From: an uncultured bacterium
GTDB lineage: Bacteria; Krumholzibacteriota; Krumholzibacteriia; Krumholzibacteriales; Krumholzibacteriaceae
NCBI GenBank assembly: GCA_963786935.1
Contig: CAWBAN010000001.1
Coordinates: forward strand, 576,001-640,000
DNA length: 64,000 nt
Reading direction: 5' to 3'
Each line of letters starts with the position of its first letter. Position 1 is the stretch's first letter. Positions 48,311 through 58,798 of the stretch are shown here, piece by piece. The notes under the pieces are model-generated. The model made no database searches, was not told the DNA's origin, and worked only from the letters and a program-made list of their open reading frames with translations. Both the position numbers and the translations under genes were made by a program.

Positions 48311-49699
48311 ATGCGCTTTCGTTCGCGTGCAATCCCCCTCGGAAACGCGGGGAACCTGAGGAAATCGACGATCCTCGGATTCATGGCGATCGCCTTCGCG
48401 ATCGGCGCCGCGAACCTGTTGCTCGGCTCGGGCGCCGGCTCGTGGGCGACGATGGCGGGCTCGCTGCTGCTCGCCGCCGGATCCTTTTCGGCTGGACTCC
48501 TGTCCGGGCGGTTCTCGGACCGCGCAGGCCGGCTCGAGGAGCAGCTCGCGGCGAGGGAGCGTGAACTCGCCCGGGTCAAGCTGCACGCCGACAGCATCAT
48601 CACGAACGTCTCGAGCGGATTGATCGTGGCGAACGCCATGGGGGAGATCACCACGTGCAACCCGGCCGCCGTCAGGATACTCGGGCTCGCGCCCGCCGCC
48701 GAGGTCACGGGCAGGCTCGTCAAGGACGTTATCCCGCACATGGGCGCCCTCGTGCAGGAGCTCGATCGGGCGCTCGAAACGGGGATGCCGCTCCGGCGGC
48801 ACGAGATCGAGATCCGGGCCCGCGACGGCGCGCCCCTTCCGCTCGGCATCAGCCTGTCGATCCTGCGGGGGGACAACGGAGAGAAGCGCGGGATCGTCGC
48901 GATCTTCCAGGATCTCACCGAGGTCCATCGCATGCGGGAGAAGGTCAGGCTCGCGGACAAGATGGCGGCGATCGGCGAGCTTTCGGCGGCCATCGCGCAC
49001 GAGATCCGGGCCCCGCTCGCCTCGATCTGCGGCTCGATCGAGATGCTCTCGGGCGAGCTGACCCTGAGCGGGGACAACGAAAAGCTCATGGAGCTCATCA
49101 TCAAGGAATCCGACCGTCTCGACCGGATCATCACCGATTTTCTCGAGTTCGCGCGGCTCAAGCCGCCGGCGTTCGAGCCGGTCGACGCGGCGCGCTGCGT
49201 CGACGAGGTGCTGCTCCTGTTCAAGCACTCGAGCGGTCTCAACCGGAGCGTCTCGTTCGAAGTCACGAACGAAGCGCGGAACGCGTGCATCTACGCGGAC
49301 GACGAGCAGATCCGCCAGGTGTGTCTGAACCTCGTCATGAACGGATGCGAGGCGATGAGCGACGGAGGCCGCCTCTCGCTCCGCGTCGCGACGGAGATGC
49401 GGCCGCTCCGCGAGACCGGCGGTCCCGTAGAGTGCGTGCGCATCGATTTCGAGAACACGGGGCCGGCGATTCCCGAGAGCGTCCTGCCCCACATCTACGA
49501 GCCGTTCTTCTCGACGAAGGACGGGGGCACGGGGCTGGGGCTCGCGATCGTTTCCCGCATCGTCGAGAGCCACGGCGGGCTCGTGCGCGTCGAGAGCGAC
49601 GAGCGCCGCGGAACGACGTTCTCGGTCGTGCTCCCGGCGTACTCGGGCGCCGAATCGAAGCATGAATCGATACTCGAAGAGGAATTCATCAGTTTCTAA
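48311..49699 (+). CDS. pilS: PAS sensor histidine kinase, PilS-like
   Basis: Two TM helices, PAS region, IAHEIRAPL H-box, NLVMNG, EPFFSTK, GTGLGL; lies between pilC and pilR. Confidence 0.8.
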   Translation: MRFRSRAIPLGNAGNLRKSTILGFMAIAFAIGAANLLLGSGAGSWATMAGSLLLAAGSFSAGLLSGRFSDRAGRLEEQLAARERELARVKLHADSIITNVSSGLIVANAMGEITTCNPAAVRILGLAPAAEVTGRLVKDVIPHMGALVQELDRALETGMPLRRHEIEIRARDGAPLPLGISLSILRGDNGEKRGIVAIFQDLTEVHRMREKVRLADKMAAIGELSAAIAHEIRAPLASICGSIEMLSGELTLSGDNEKLMELIIKESDRLDRIITDFLEFARLKPPAFEPVDAARCVDEVLLLFKHSSGLNRSVSFEVTNEARNACIYADDEQIRQVCLNLVMNGCEAMSDGGRLSLRVATEMRPLRETGGPVECVRIDFENTGPAIPESVLPHIYEPFFSTKDGGTGLGLAIVSRIVESHGGLVRVESDERRGTTFSVVLPAYSGAESKHESILEEEFISF

Positions 49700-49726
49700 T
49701 AACGCCGATTCCGGGGGTGCATTCGA

Positions 49727-51100
<1,374 letters not shown>

Positions 51101-51240
51101 AGATCATCGGAATCGGGAACATTGCAATGATAAACGCGATGATGGCACAACGAAATGCAACGGTTTCGCCAACGGAAAGGGGGTACTGCGCAACCTCTGG
51201 TTTAATTAGCAGTTACGCAACTCTAAAGTCCGGGACGGTT

Positions 51241-51255
51241 TGGCACGGAGCTTGC
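51241..51255 (+). promoter_or_regulatory. Sigma54 promoter for pilA1
   Basis: TGGCAC-GGAGC-TTGC, a consensus match between pilR and the pilin gene. Confidence 0.88.
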
Positions 51256-51378
51256 GTTTACCGCTGCCTGAGCGGTCGGGAGAAGCCGGCACGATAGAAA
51301 GGGCCGGTTCGCGGCGACCGAAAAGGCACGGAAACCAAAGCGAAGGCTTTGAAGAACAGAATGTCAGGGAGGTGTCTG

Positions 51379-51813
51379 ATGAACAACAAGGGTTTCACCC
51401 TCATCGAGCTGATGATCGTCGTCGTGATCATCGGTATTCTCGCTGCTATCGCGATTCCGAACTTCATCAACATGCAGGCTCGCGCGAAGGAAGCTTCGGT
51501 CAAGTCGAACTGCCATACCGTGCAGCTCGCCGCCGAGGACTTCGCCGTGCAGAATGACGGCGTGTACGCCGCCGACGTCGGCGCCGATGTGACGCCGTCC
51601 AACCAGACCATCACCAACATGCTTCCGGGCGGGGCTCTCCTCGAGAACCCGTTCACGAAGGCTGCCACGGAGCCGGTCGACGGCGTCGCCGCGAACGCCG
51701 GCGAGAGCGCCTACGCTCCGATCGTTCAGAACAACGTGAACGTGGGCTACTCGATCACGGGCGTCGGCAAGGAAGCCAACACGATCATCATCACGCTCAG
51801 CAGCGGTCAGTAA
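51379..51813 (+). CDS. pilA: Type IVa major pilin (copy 1)
   Basis: KG|FTLIELMIVVVIIGILAAIAIP; GGGAGGTG RBS; has its own promoter and terminator. Confidence 0.93.
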   Translation: MNNKGFTLIELMIVVVIIGILAAIAIPNFINMQARAKEASVKSNCHTVQLAAEDFAVQNDGVYAADVGADVTPSNQTITNMLPGGALLENPFTKAATEPVDGVAANAGESAYAPIVQNNVNVGYSITGVGKEANTIIITLSSGQ

Positions 51814-51837
51814 TCGCCCGCTGAAGATCGTTCGTCT

Positions 51838-51872
51838 ACGGGCGGCTCCCTCGAGCCGCCCGTTTCTTTTTC
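51838..51872 (+). terminator. Intrinsic terminator after pilA1
   Basis: ACGGGCGGCTC-CCTC-GAGCCGCCCGT followed by TTCTTTTT. Confidence 0.88.
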
Positions 51873-51906
51873 GTGTCCGGAGCTTCGCGCAGTTTGTGGA
51901 GCGATT

Positions 51907-51921
51907 GGGTACGATTCTTGC
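51907..51921 (+). promoter_or_regulatory. Possible weak sigma54 promoter for pilA2
   Basis: GGGTAC-GATTC-TTGC; the GG and GC dinucleotides are correctly spaced. Confidence 0.45.
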
Positions 51922-51936
51922 GATTTCCACGGCATC

Positions 51937-52371
51937 ATGAAAGCGAAAGGTTTCACGCTCATCGAGCTCATGATCGTCGTCGCCATCATCGGCATTCTCG
52001 CCGTCATCGTGATTCCCATTTTCTCGCGGATGATCGCTCGCGCGAAGGAAGCTTCGGTCAAGTCGAACTGCCATACCGTGCAGCTCGCCGCCGAGGACTT
52101 CGCCGTGCAGAATGACGGCGTGTACGCCGCCGACGTCGGCGCCGATGTGACGCCGTCCAACCAGACCATCACCAACATGCTTCCGGGCGGGGTTCTCATT
52201 GAGAACCCGTTCACGAAGGCTGCCACGGAGCCGGTCGACGGCGTCGCCGCGAACGCCGGCGAGAGCGCCTACGCTCCGATCGTTCAGAACAACGTGAACG
52301 TGGGCTACTCGATCACGGGCGTCGGCAAGGAAGCCAACGAGATCATCATCACGCTCAGCAGCGGTCAGTAA
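51937..52371 (+). CDS. Type IVa pilin (copy 2)
   Basis: KG|FTLIELMIVVAIIGILAVIVIP; head domain nearly identical to copy 1. Confidence 0.9.
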   Translation: MKAKGFTLIELMIVVAIIGILAVIVIPIFSRMIARAKEASVKSNCHTVQLAAEDFAVQNDGVYAADVGADVTPSNQTITNMLPGGVLIENPFTKAATEPVDGVAANAGESAYAPIVQNNVNVGYSITGVGKEANEIIITLSSGQ

Positions 52372-52533
52372 TCGGCCGCGCCTCCGGATTCCGGGCATAG
52401 AATTCGCATTTTCCTCCGCCGGAACCATGAAACGGCTCGAAACCAGACGGATTTTTGCCAATGGCGGCGAGTTAGCTGCCACCGGGCCGGACGGCCCCGG
52501 GGGCGCCGAGCGTTCGCCGCGCGGGGTAGCGCC

Positions 52534-53511
52534 ATGAATATCCTCAGCGTAGACGGCGTCAAGAAGAGCTTCCGAGGCGACATGTCCCTCGCCAGGCGCG
52601 AGGTGCTGCGCGGGGTGTCGTTCCATGCCCGCGAGGGGGAGATCCTCGGATTCCTCGGGCCGAACGGCGCCGGCAAGACCACGACGATCAAGGCGATACT
52701 GGGGCTCATCCGGCCGGACGCGGGGAGCGTCACGATATTCGATTCGGCGCCGGGAAACGCCCGCGCGATGGCGCGCATCGGCTACCTTCCCGAGATCCCG
52801 TATTTCTACCCGCACCTCTCGCTCGCGGAATTCCTCGATTTCTGCGGCCGCGTGAGCGGCGTCGCTCGCGCCGGCCTCGCGGACCGGATCGACCGGGCCG
52901 TCGAGACGGTCGATCTCGCGCCGCATCGGGGGAGGCGGCTCAAGCACTTCTCGAAAGGCATGCTGCAGCGGGCGGGGCTCGCGCAGGCGATTCTCCACGA
53001 TCCGGATCTCTACGTGCTCGACGAACCGTTCTCGGGGCTCGATCCCATCGGACGGAAGCTCGTGCGGGACGTCCTCGTCGACATCAAGAGGCGGGGAAAG
53101 ACGATTTTCTTCTCGTCCCATATTCTGGGTGACCTTGAAACGCTCTGCGACCGCGCGGTCATCATCCGGGACGGCCGCATCGCGAAGACGGTCGAGCTCG
53201 ACGATCTCATGAAAATGGGAGAGGGATCGGTCGAGGTGACCGTTCGCGGCTGGCGGGATCATCTGATGCAGGGCATCAAGCAATACGTCGAATCGGCCCG
53301 GACGACGGGGGAAGACGCCTTTCTCGTCGTGCGGGAGCAGCGGTACGTGCGCCCGGTCATCGAGCGCATATACGAAGGCGGCGCCGAGGTTCTCGCGGTC
53401 GTCAACCGGCACCGTACGCTCGAGAACCTGTTCCTGCGCGAGATCGCCCCCCCGCAGGCGGGGGCGGCGCCGGAGCGGCGCGAAGAGAAAACCGTTATCA
53501 CCGGATTCTAG
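52534..53511 (+). CDS. ABC transporter ATP-binding protein (pilus-associated)
   Basis: GPNGAGKTT, FSKGMLQR, LDEPFSGLDP, SSH. Confidence 0.92.
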   Translation: MNILSVDGVKKSFRGDMSLARREVLRGVSFHAREGEILGFLGPNGAGKTTTIKAILGLIRPDAGSVTIFDSAPGNARAMARIGYLPEIPYFYPHLSLAEFLDFCGRVSGVARAGLADRIDRAVETVDLAPHRGRRLKHFSKGMLQRAGLAQAILHDPDLYVLDEPFSGLDPIGRKLVRDVLVDIKRRGKTIFFSSHILGDLETLCDRAVIIRDGRIAKTVELDDLMKMGEGSVEVTVRGWRDHLMQGIKQYVESARTTGEDAFLVVREQRYVRPVIERIYEGGAEVLAVVNRHRTLENLFLREIAPPQAGAAPERREEKTVITGF

Positions 53512-53520
53512 AGGTGTGCC

Positions 53521-54288
53521 GTGAACAAGCTCGCGTGCGTCGCGCTCAACACGTTCAGGGAGTCGATGAGGGAGCGGATCCTCGCGGTCGCGATCCTCTT
53601 CGGCGTGATTCTCATGGCGAGCTCCGTGCTCCTCTCGCCGCTCGCGATCGGGGCGAAGCAGAAGATCGTCATGGACGTGGGGCTCGCCGCCATTTCGATC
53701 ATCGGCGTCCTCATGGCCGTTTTTCTCGGGAGCACGCTCCTCCACAAGGAAATGGACAAGAAGGCGATTTACCTCGTTCTCACGCGTCCGATTCCGCGCC
53801 CGGCGTTCCTCGCCGGCAAGCTCGCCGGCATCGTGCTCGCCATCGCGCTCGTGTTCGCCGTCATGACGGCGGTGATGGTCGGAACGGTCGCGCTCGGCAG
53901 GGGCATCCTGCGTCCCGCCGTCTTCGCGTCCGTGTATCTCTCGTTCCTCGAGGCGGGCGTCGTGTGCTCGATCGTGATGCTCTTCAGCACCTTCACGACC
54001 CCGATGCTCACGTCGTTCTTCGCGCTCTGCATCTTCGCCGCGGGGAGCCTGAGCGGCGATCTCCGCGTGTTCGCCTCGAAGTTCGGGGGAGCGGGCACGA
54101 AGATCGTCACCGACGCGCTCTATTACCTCCTGCCGAATCTCAAGGTTTTCAATCTGCGGCATGAAGCGGTGCACGGCCTCCCCTTCGCGGCGGGGGACAT
54201 CCTGCGCGCCACGATCTATGCGTCCGTATATTCGGCCGTCGCGTTCTTCTTCGCGTGCGCGGTGTTCCGGCGCCGGGAGTTCAAGTAG
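53521..54288 (+). CDS. ABC-2 type permease (pilus-associated)
   Basis: NTFRESMRER, EMDKKAIY.VLTRP, FLAGKL, multiple TM helices. Confidence 0.85.
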   Translation: MNKLACVALNTFRESMRERILAVAILFGVILMASSVLLSPLAIGAKQKIVMDVGLAAISIIGVLMAVFLGSTLLHKEMDKKAIYLVLTRPIPRPAFLAGKLAGIVLAIALVFAVMTAVMVGTVALGRGILRPAVFASVYLSFLEAGVVCSIVMLFSTFTTPMLTSFFALCIFAAGSLSGDLRVFASKFGGAGTKIVTDALYYLLPNLKVFNLRHEAVHGLPFAAGDILRATIYASVYSAVAFFFACAVFRRREFK

Positions 54289-54297
54289 GGGTACGAC

Positions 54298-54972
54298 ATG
54301 AAACGGAAATGGGCCGAGTTCGCCCTCGCCGTCGCGGCGCTCCTCCTGCTCGCCGCGGCTTCCCGCAGCGTCGAGGATCTCGCGCAGCGGAAGCACCGGC
54401 TCGAGGTGCTGTACCTGCCGTCGGGTCAGTTCATCGAGCAGGCGGCGCTCGGGTACCGCGAGCTCGCCGCCGACATTCTCTGGTTCAGGATGATTCAGTA
54501 CTACGGGGGATACCGGATGGGGGAGAACGACCTCGCCCTCTTCACCCATCTCGCCGGGGTCATCACGGACCTCGATCCGCAGTTCACGTACGCGTACATC
54601 TTCGCGGCGATCATCGTCGCGCAGGATCTCGGATCGCTCGAAACGGGAATCGGGTTTCTCGAAAAAGGCATTCGAAACAATCCGGACAACTGGTGGCTCC
54701 AGTTCCAGCTCGGATTCCTGTACTACGTCTACGCGCGCGATTACGATCGGGCGCTCGCCTGCTTCGAGCGGGCCGCGCGCCTGCCCGGCGCGGGCCCCCA
54801 GGCCGCGCGTTTCGCGGCGTTCGTCGCGGCGAAGGCGGGCTACGTCGAGACGAGCATCGCGATGTGGGAGGAGCTCGCCCGCACGTCGGACAACAGGTAC
54901 ATCCGCGAGCTCGCCGAGCGCTACATCGAACGGCTCGAGGCGGGAACGTTTCCCGGGGCGGGAGCGCGATGA
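54298..54972 (+). CDS. TPR-like accessory protein of the pilus ABC module
   Basis: ADILWFRMIQYYG, LDPQF..AY, LEKGIRNNPDNW; N-terminal hydrophobic segment. Confidence 0.75.
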   Translation: MKRKWAEFALAVAALLLLAAASRSVEDLAQRKHRLEVLYLPSGQFIEQAALGYRELAADILWFRMIQYYGGYRMGENDLALFTHLAGVITDLDPQFTYAYIFAAIIVAQDLGSLETGIGFLEKGIRNNPDNWWLQFQLGFLYYVYARDYDRALACFERAARLPGAGPQAARFAAFVAAKAGYVETSIAMWEELARTSDNRYIRELAERYIERLEAGTFPGAGAR

Positions 54973-55733
54973 GCGCGATTCCCTACGCATTCGCCGCGCT
55001 GTTGGGCTTCATGGCGGGGAGCTTCCTCAACGTCGTGATCTACCGCGTGCCCCGCGGGCTCTCCGTCGTCGCCCCCCGCTCGTTCTGCCCCGGCTGCCGG
55101 ACGAAGATCCCCTGGTACGAGAACGTTCCCGTGGCGAGCTGGCTCGCGCTGCGGGGCCGCTGCCGCCGGTGCGGCGGGCGCATCGCGATCAGGTATCCGC
55201 TCGTCGAGACGGCGGGCGGGGCGCTCGCCGTCGTCTCGGTGGGCCGGTTCGGCTTCGGCGTCGACGCCGCGTTCGCCTTCGCGTTCCTCATGGCGCTCAC
55301 GGCGATCGCGCTCATCGATTGGGATTTCAGGATCATTCCCGACAGCCTGAGCCTTCCGTTCATCGCCGTCGGGCTCGGCTGGAGCCTCTTGAATCCGGGC
55401 CTCACCCTCGCCGGATCGGCGCTCGGCGCGCTCGCGGGCGGGGGGAGCCTCCTCCTGGTCGGGGCGCTGTACAAGCTCGCGAGGAAAACCGAGGGAATGG
55501 GCGGGGGAGACGTGAAGCTCATGGCGATGATCGGCGCGTTCGTCGGCGTGAAGCTCGTGTTTCCCGTCGTGCTCATCGCGTGCTTCGCGGGGACCGTGTA
55601 CGCCGCCGCCCTCCTCAAATCGGGGAAGGGCGCCAAGACGGCGGTCGCCTTCGGCTCGTTCCTCGCGCCGGCCGCGGCGGTCTGCCTGCTCGTCGGCGAC
55701 CGGCTGCTCAGGTGGTATTTCAAGGGATTCTGA
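54969..55733 (+). CDS. pilD: Prepilin peptidase
   Basis: GSFLNVVIYRVP, RSFCPGC, GRCRRC, RYPLVE, GMGGGDVKL, AFG.FL. Confidence 0.95.
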   Translation: MSAIPYAFAALLGFMAGSFLNVVIYRVPRGLSVVAPRSFCPGCRTKIPWYENVPVASWLALRGRCRRCGGRIAIRYPLVETAGGALAVVSVGRFGFGVDAAFAFAFLMALTAIALIDWDFRIIPDSLSLPFIAVGLGWSLLNPGLTLAGSALGALAGGGSLLLVGALYKLARKTEGMGGGDVKLMAMIGAFVGVKLVFPVVLIACFAGTVYAAALLKSGKGAKTAVAFGSFLAPAAAVCLLVGDRLLRWYFKGF

Positions 55734-55851
55734 GACAGGGCACTTTGCATGGGAATTGCGCAATACGGCAGACGGGCCGCCGCGGCATGCGGCGCATTAA
55801 CGCAATCTGCTGTAATTACATAACTTGAATGCGGAGAGGCTTTCTCTTCAT

Positions 55852-55866
55852 TGGCACGCTTGTTGC
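55852..55866 (+). promoter_or_regulatory. Sigma54 promoter for pilMNOPQ
   Basis: TGGCAC-GCTTG-TTGC consensus match. Confidence 0.8.
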
Positions 55867-55979
55867 GTGATTGGACCAATCGAGGCGATAGGACTTAAAT
55901 AGCCAGTCTGTCTTTGCACGAATAGGCGATATCAAAACGAGTCGTTCACGCCGGGGTTCTGGAAAAGGTTGGTGCGACG

Positions 55980-57062
55980 ATGATCTCTTTACCCTTCCTC
56001 AAGCGAAAAGGCTCCACGGTCGGGCTCGACATCGGTTCGAGCCACGTCAAGGTCATCGAGATCGATCACTCGGGCTCGAGGCCGAAGGTCACCCATTTCG
56101 GCCTGACGGCGCTGCCGCCCGAGGCGATCGTCGAGGGTGAGATCATGGACCGCGATCTCGTGATCGCGGGCATCAAGGAATGCATCGAGAAGGCGGGTGT
56201 GACGTCCACGTCGGTCGTTTCCGCGATCTCCGGACGCGCCGTGATCGTGAAGAAGGTCGTCATGGACAAGATGTCGTCCGACGACGCGCAGGAGGCGATC
56301 TTCTGGGAAGCGGAGCAGCACGTGCCGTTCGACATCGACGACGTCTGTCTCGATTTTCAGATCCTCAAGGACGACATCGGCGCGAACCAGATGGAGGTCC
56401 TCCTCGTCGCGGCGAAGAAGGACATGATCAACACGCACGCGAACCTGATCAGGGACGCCGGATTCAGCCCCGCCATCATCGACGTCGACTCGTTCGCCGT
56501 GCAGAACTGCTTCCAGACCGGCCGCGCCATCGAGTCCGACGACGGCGTCAAAAAGGTCATCGGCCTCATCAACATCGGAAGCAACGTCACCAACATCAAT
56601 ATCATCCAGGACGCGAGCCCTCATTTCACGCGCGATATCAGCATCGGGAGCAACAACTTCGCGGAAACGATCCAGAAGGAGCTCGAGGTCGATTACGAGG
56701 AGGCGCAGCGGATCATCTCCGGCGAGCTCGGCAGCCGCGATCCCAAAAAGATCCGGGAGCTCGTCGGGATGGCGTCGAAGGACCTCTCGCTCGGCATCGA
56801 GCGCAGCGTCGCGTTCCTGAAGGCGTCGGGGGACGCCGACAAGATCGACGAGCTCGTGCTGAGCGGCGGCGGCGCCAATATCCCGTTCCTCAAGGAGATT
56901 CTTGCGGAGAAGCACGGCGTTGAACTCTCAATACACAATCCCCTCGCGGGAATCGATTATGAAGCGGGGGTGTTCGGCGAGCACGAGGCCGAGATCGAAA
57001 GGATCGCGCCGTTGCTCACCGTGGGCATCGGTCTCGCTCTGAGAAAGGCGGGAAGAGAATGA
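55980..57062 (+). CDS. pilM: Type IV pilus assembly protein PilM
   Basis: VGLDIGS..VKVIE, EAEQHVPF, VLLVAAKK, LSGGGA, GIGLALR. Confidence 0.93.
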   Translation: MISLPFLKRKGSTVGLDIGSSHVKVIEIDHSGSRPKVTHFGLTALPPEAIVEGEIMDRDLVIAGIKECIEKAGVTSTSVVSAISGRAVIVKKVVMDKMSSDDAQEAIFWEAEQHVPFDIDDVCLDFQILKDDIGANQMEVLLVAAKKDMINTHANLIRDAGFSPAIIDVDSFAVQNCFQTGRAIESDDGVKKVIGLINIGSNVTNINIIQDASPHFTRDISIGSNNFAETIQKELEVDYEEAQRIISGELGSRDPKKIRELVGMASKDLSLGIERSVAFLKASGDADKIDELVLSGGGANIPFLKEILAEKHGVELSIHNPLAGIDYEAGVFGEHEAEIERIAPLLTVGIGLALRKAGRE

Positions 57063-57613
57063 TCAAGATCAACCTGTTGCCGCGCGAGGAACGGATCAAG
57101 CGGCGCGAATTCAAGCTTCCCCAGATGTCGACCATCTACATGTTCGGGGGGGTGGCGGTCTTTGTGGGCGCGATGCTCTTTACGGGGATCGTTCAGACCC
57201 ACAAGATCAAGGCGCTCGAGGCGAAGATCACGGCGGCGAACGAGGAATCGAAGAAGCTCGCGCCGCAGCTCGCGAAGATCAAGCAGATCACCAAGGAGCG
57301 CGAGGAAGTCGACCGCCGGCTCGGCATCATCGCCGATCTCGACCGGTACCGCTACTTCCGCGTGAAGCTCCTCAACGACGTGAGCTTCAATCTCCCGGTG
57401 AACTGCTGGCTGACGGGATTGTCGGAAATCTCGCCGAATTCGTTCGCCATCGACGGGGTCGCCTTCTCGAACTACACGGTCGCCGACATGATGACGAACC
57501 TGGAGACGTCGTCGGCGGTATCGAGAGTCGATCTCCGGGTCGCCGAGAGGGGAAAGATCAACGAACGAGAAGTGATGAAGTTCAAGCTCGTCGCCAACGT
57601 GGTGCCGCAATAG
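57059..57613 (+). CDS. pilN: Type IV pilus assembly protein PilN
   Basis: MIKINLLP motif, TM helix, coiled coil. Confidence 0.92.
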   Translation: MIKINLLPREERIKRREFKLPQMSTIYMFGGVAVFVGAMLFTGIVQTHKIKALEAKITAANEESKKLAPQLAKIKQITKEREEVDRRLGIIADLDRYRYFRVKLLNDVSFNLPVNCWLTGLSEISPNSFAIDGVAFSNYTVADMMTNLETSSAVSRVDLRVAERGKINEREVMKFKLVANVVPQ

Positions 57614-57634
57614 CGCAAAGAGAGGGCCCAAACT

Positions 57635-58288
57635 ATGGATTTCAAAGATCCTCAGGTACAAAAGGGAATCATCGTGGGAATACTCTGTATCATGATCGGA
57701 TACGTGTATTTCTTCACGTCGTTCATGCCCTTTTTCCACCATCCGATGCGCGCGAAGATCTCCTCGCTCTCGTCCGAGTACGAGAAGATGAGCGCGGAGC
57801 TCGAGAAGGCGCGGAAGACGGTGGGAAACCTCGCGAAGCTCGAGGCCGAGTACAACCGGCTCCACGACAAGTGGGTCGCCGCCCAGGGGCTCCTTCCGAA
57901 GGACAAGGAGGTCGCCGACCTGCTCAGGAAGGTGACCCGCATCGGGAGCCAGGCCGGAATCGATTTTCTGCTGTTCGAGCCGCAGGAGCCGATACAGCGG
58001 GAGTTCATCACCGAGAATCCCGTCCGGGTGAGGGTCCGCGGCGAATATCACCAGCTCGGCATATTCCTCTCCAAGGTCGCGAACCTCGAGCGCATCGTGA
58101 ACGTGTCGAATCTCGCGGTCAAACCGGGGGACGACAAGCAGGGCGGCGCCAACGACCGTGCGGTTCGGAGCTACACTGTTGAAGCTGAATTGATATTGAC
58201 GGCGTATACGCTCGTGGAAGGTGGTGAGACGAGCAATGAGAAGGCGAACGAAAAGCCCCAGCAGAAAGCGAACGCTTCGAATTCCTGA
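57635..58288 (+). CDS. pilO: Type IV pilus assembly protein PilO
   Basis: TM helix, coiled coil, LLP..EVADLL, GEYHQLGIF...LERIV. Confidence 0.9.
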   Translation: MDFKDPQVQKGIIVGILCIMIGYVYFFTSFMPFFHHPMRAKISSLSSEYEKMSAELEKARKTVGNLAKLEAEYNRLHDKWVAAQGLLPKDKEVADLLRKVTRIGSQAGIDFLLFEPQEPIQREFITENPVRVRVRGEYHQLGIFLSKVANLERIVNVSNLAVKPGDDKQGGANDRAVRSYTVEAELILTAYTLVEGGETSNEKANEKPQQKANASNS

Positions 58289-58796
58289 GACCGCGTGGAA
58301 GGTCCTCTGGGGACTGACCATCACGGGCCTGTTTCTCTTCCCGGCGCTTGTGAACGTGAGGGCGCAGGAGGCGGCACCGGCGAAGTCCGATACGGCGGCG
58401 CAGCCGGCTCCGGCGGCTCCGGCGGACACGACGGCGCTCGCGCAGGCCGCGGGCGACGGGATCACGCTGCGGGAAAAGGTTTTCTACTATCAGGCCTTCA
58501 ACCAACGGGACCCCTTCCAGAGCTTGATGGCGGGCGAATTTGAGGAGTCGGGCGAGCTCGACATCGTCGACATCTACAGCGTGAAGCTCGTCGGCGTGCT
58601 CGCGGGCGGCATGGAGAAATTCGCCATGCTCGAGGACAACAACGGATATTCGTACATCATGAAGGCGGGCGATCCGATCCGGAACGGCAACATCGTCTCC
58701 GTGAGCGATCGGGCGCTCGTCGCGCGGGTTTCATTATTCGGACAGACGAGTACGGTAACCCTCCGGCTGGAGGAGAAGAAGAGCAAAGGAGAATAA
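58236..58796 (+). CDS. pilP: PilP-like protein
   Basis: RDPF motif, VKLVGVL..AMLED..G..MKAGD; lies between pilO and pilQ; start uncertain. Confidence 0.75.
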   Translation: MRRRTKSPSRKRTLRIPETAWKVLWGLTITGLFLFPALVNVRAQEAAPAKSDTAAQPAPAAPADTTALAQAAGDGITLREKVFYYQAFNQRDPFQSLMAGEFEESGELDIVDIYSVKLVGVLAGGMEKFAMLEDNNGYSYIMKAGDPIRNGNIVSVSDRALVARVSLFGQTSTVTLRLEEKKSKGE

Positions 58797-58798
58797 CA

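Larger units (their letters stand above)
51478..52374 (+). repeat. Direct repeat of 339 bp (51478-51816 and 52036-52374)
   Basis: Manual codon alignment gave 5 nucleotide differences. Confidence 0.95.

Noticed and set aside
51379..52371. Electrically conductive (e-pilin) type
   Set aside because: The mature pilin is 139 aa with only 7 Phe/Tyr and no Trp, and lacks aromatics at positions 27 and 32; this does not fit the short aromatic-dense pattern.
51478..52374. Pilin repeat as a diversity-generating retroelement TR/VR pair
   Set aside because: The differences (C/T, C/A, C/T, A/G, C/A) are not adenine-specific in either direction, and no reverse transcriptase is in the window.
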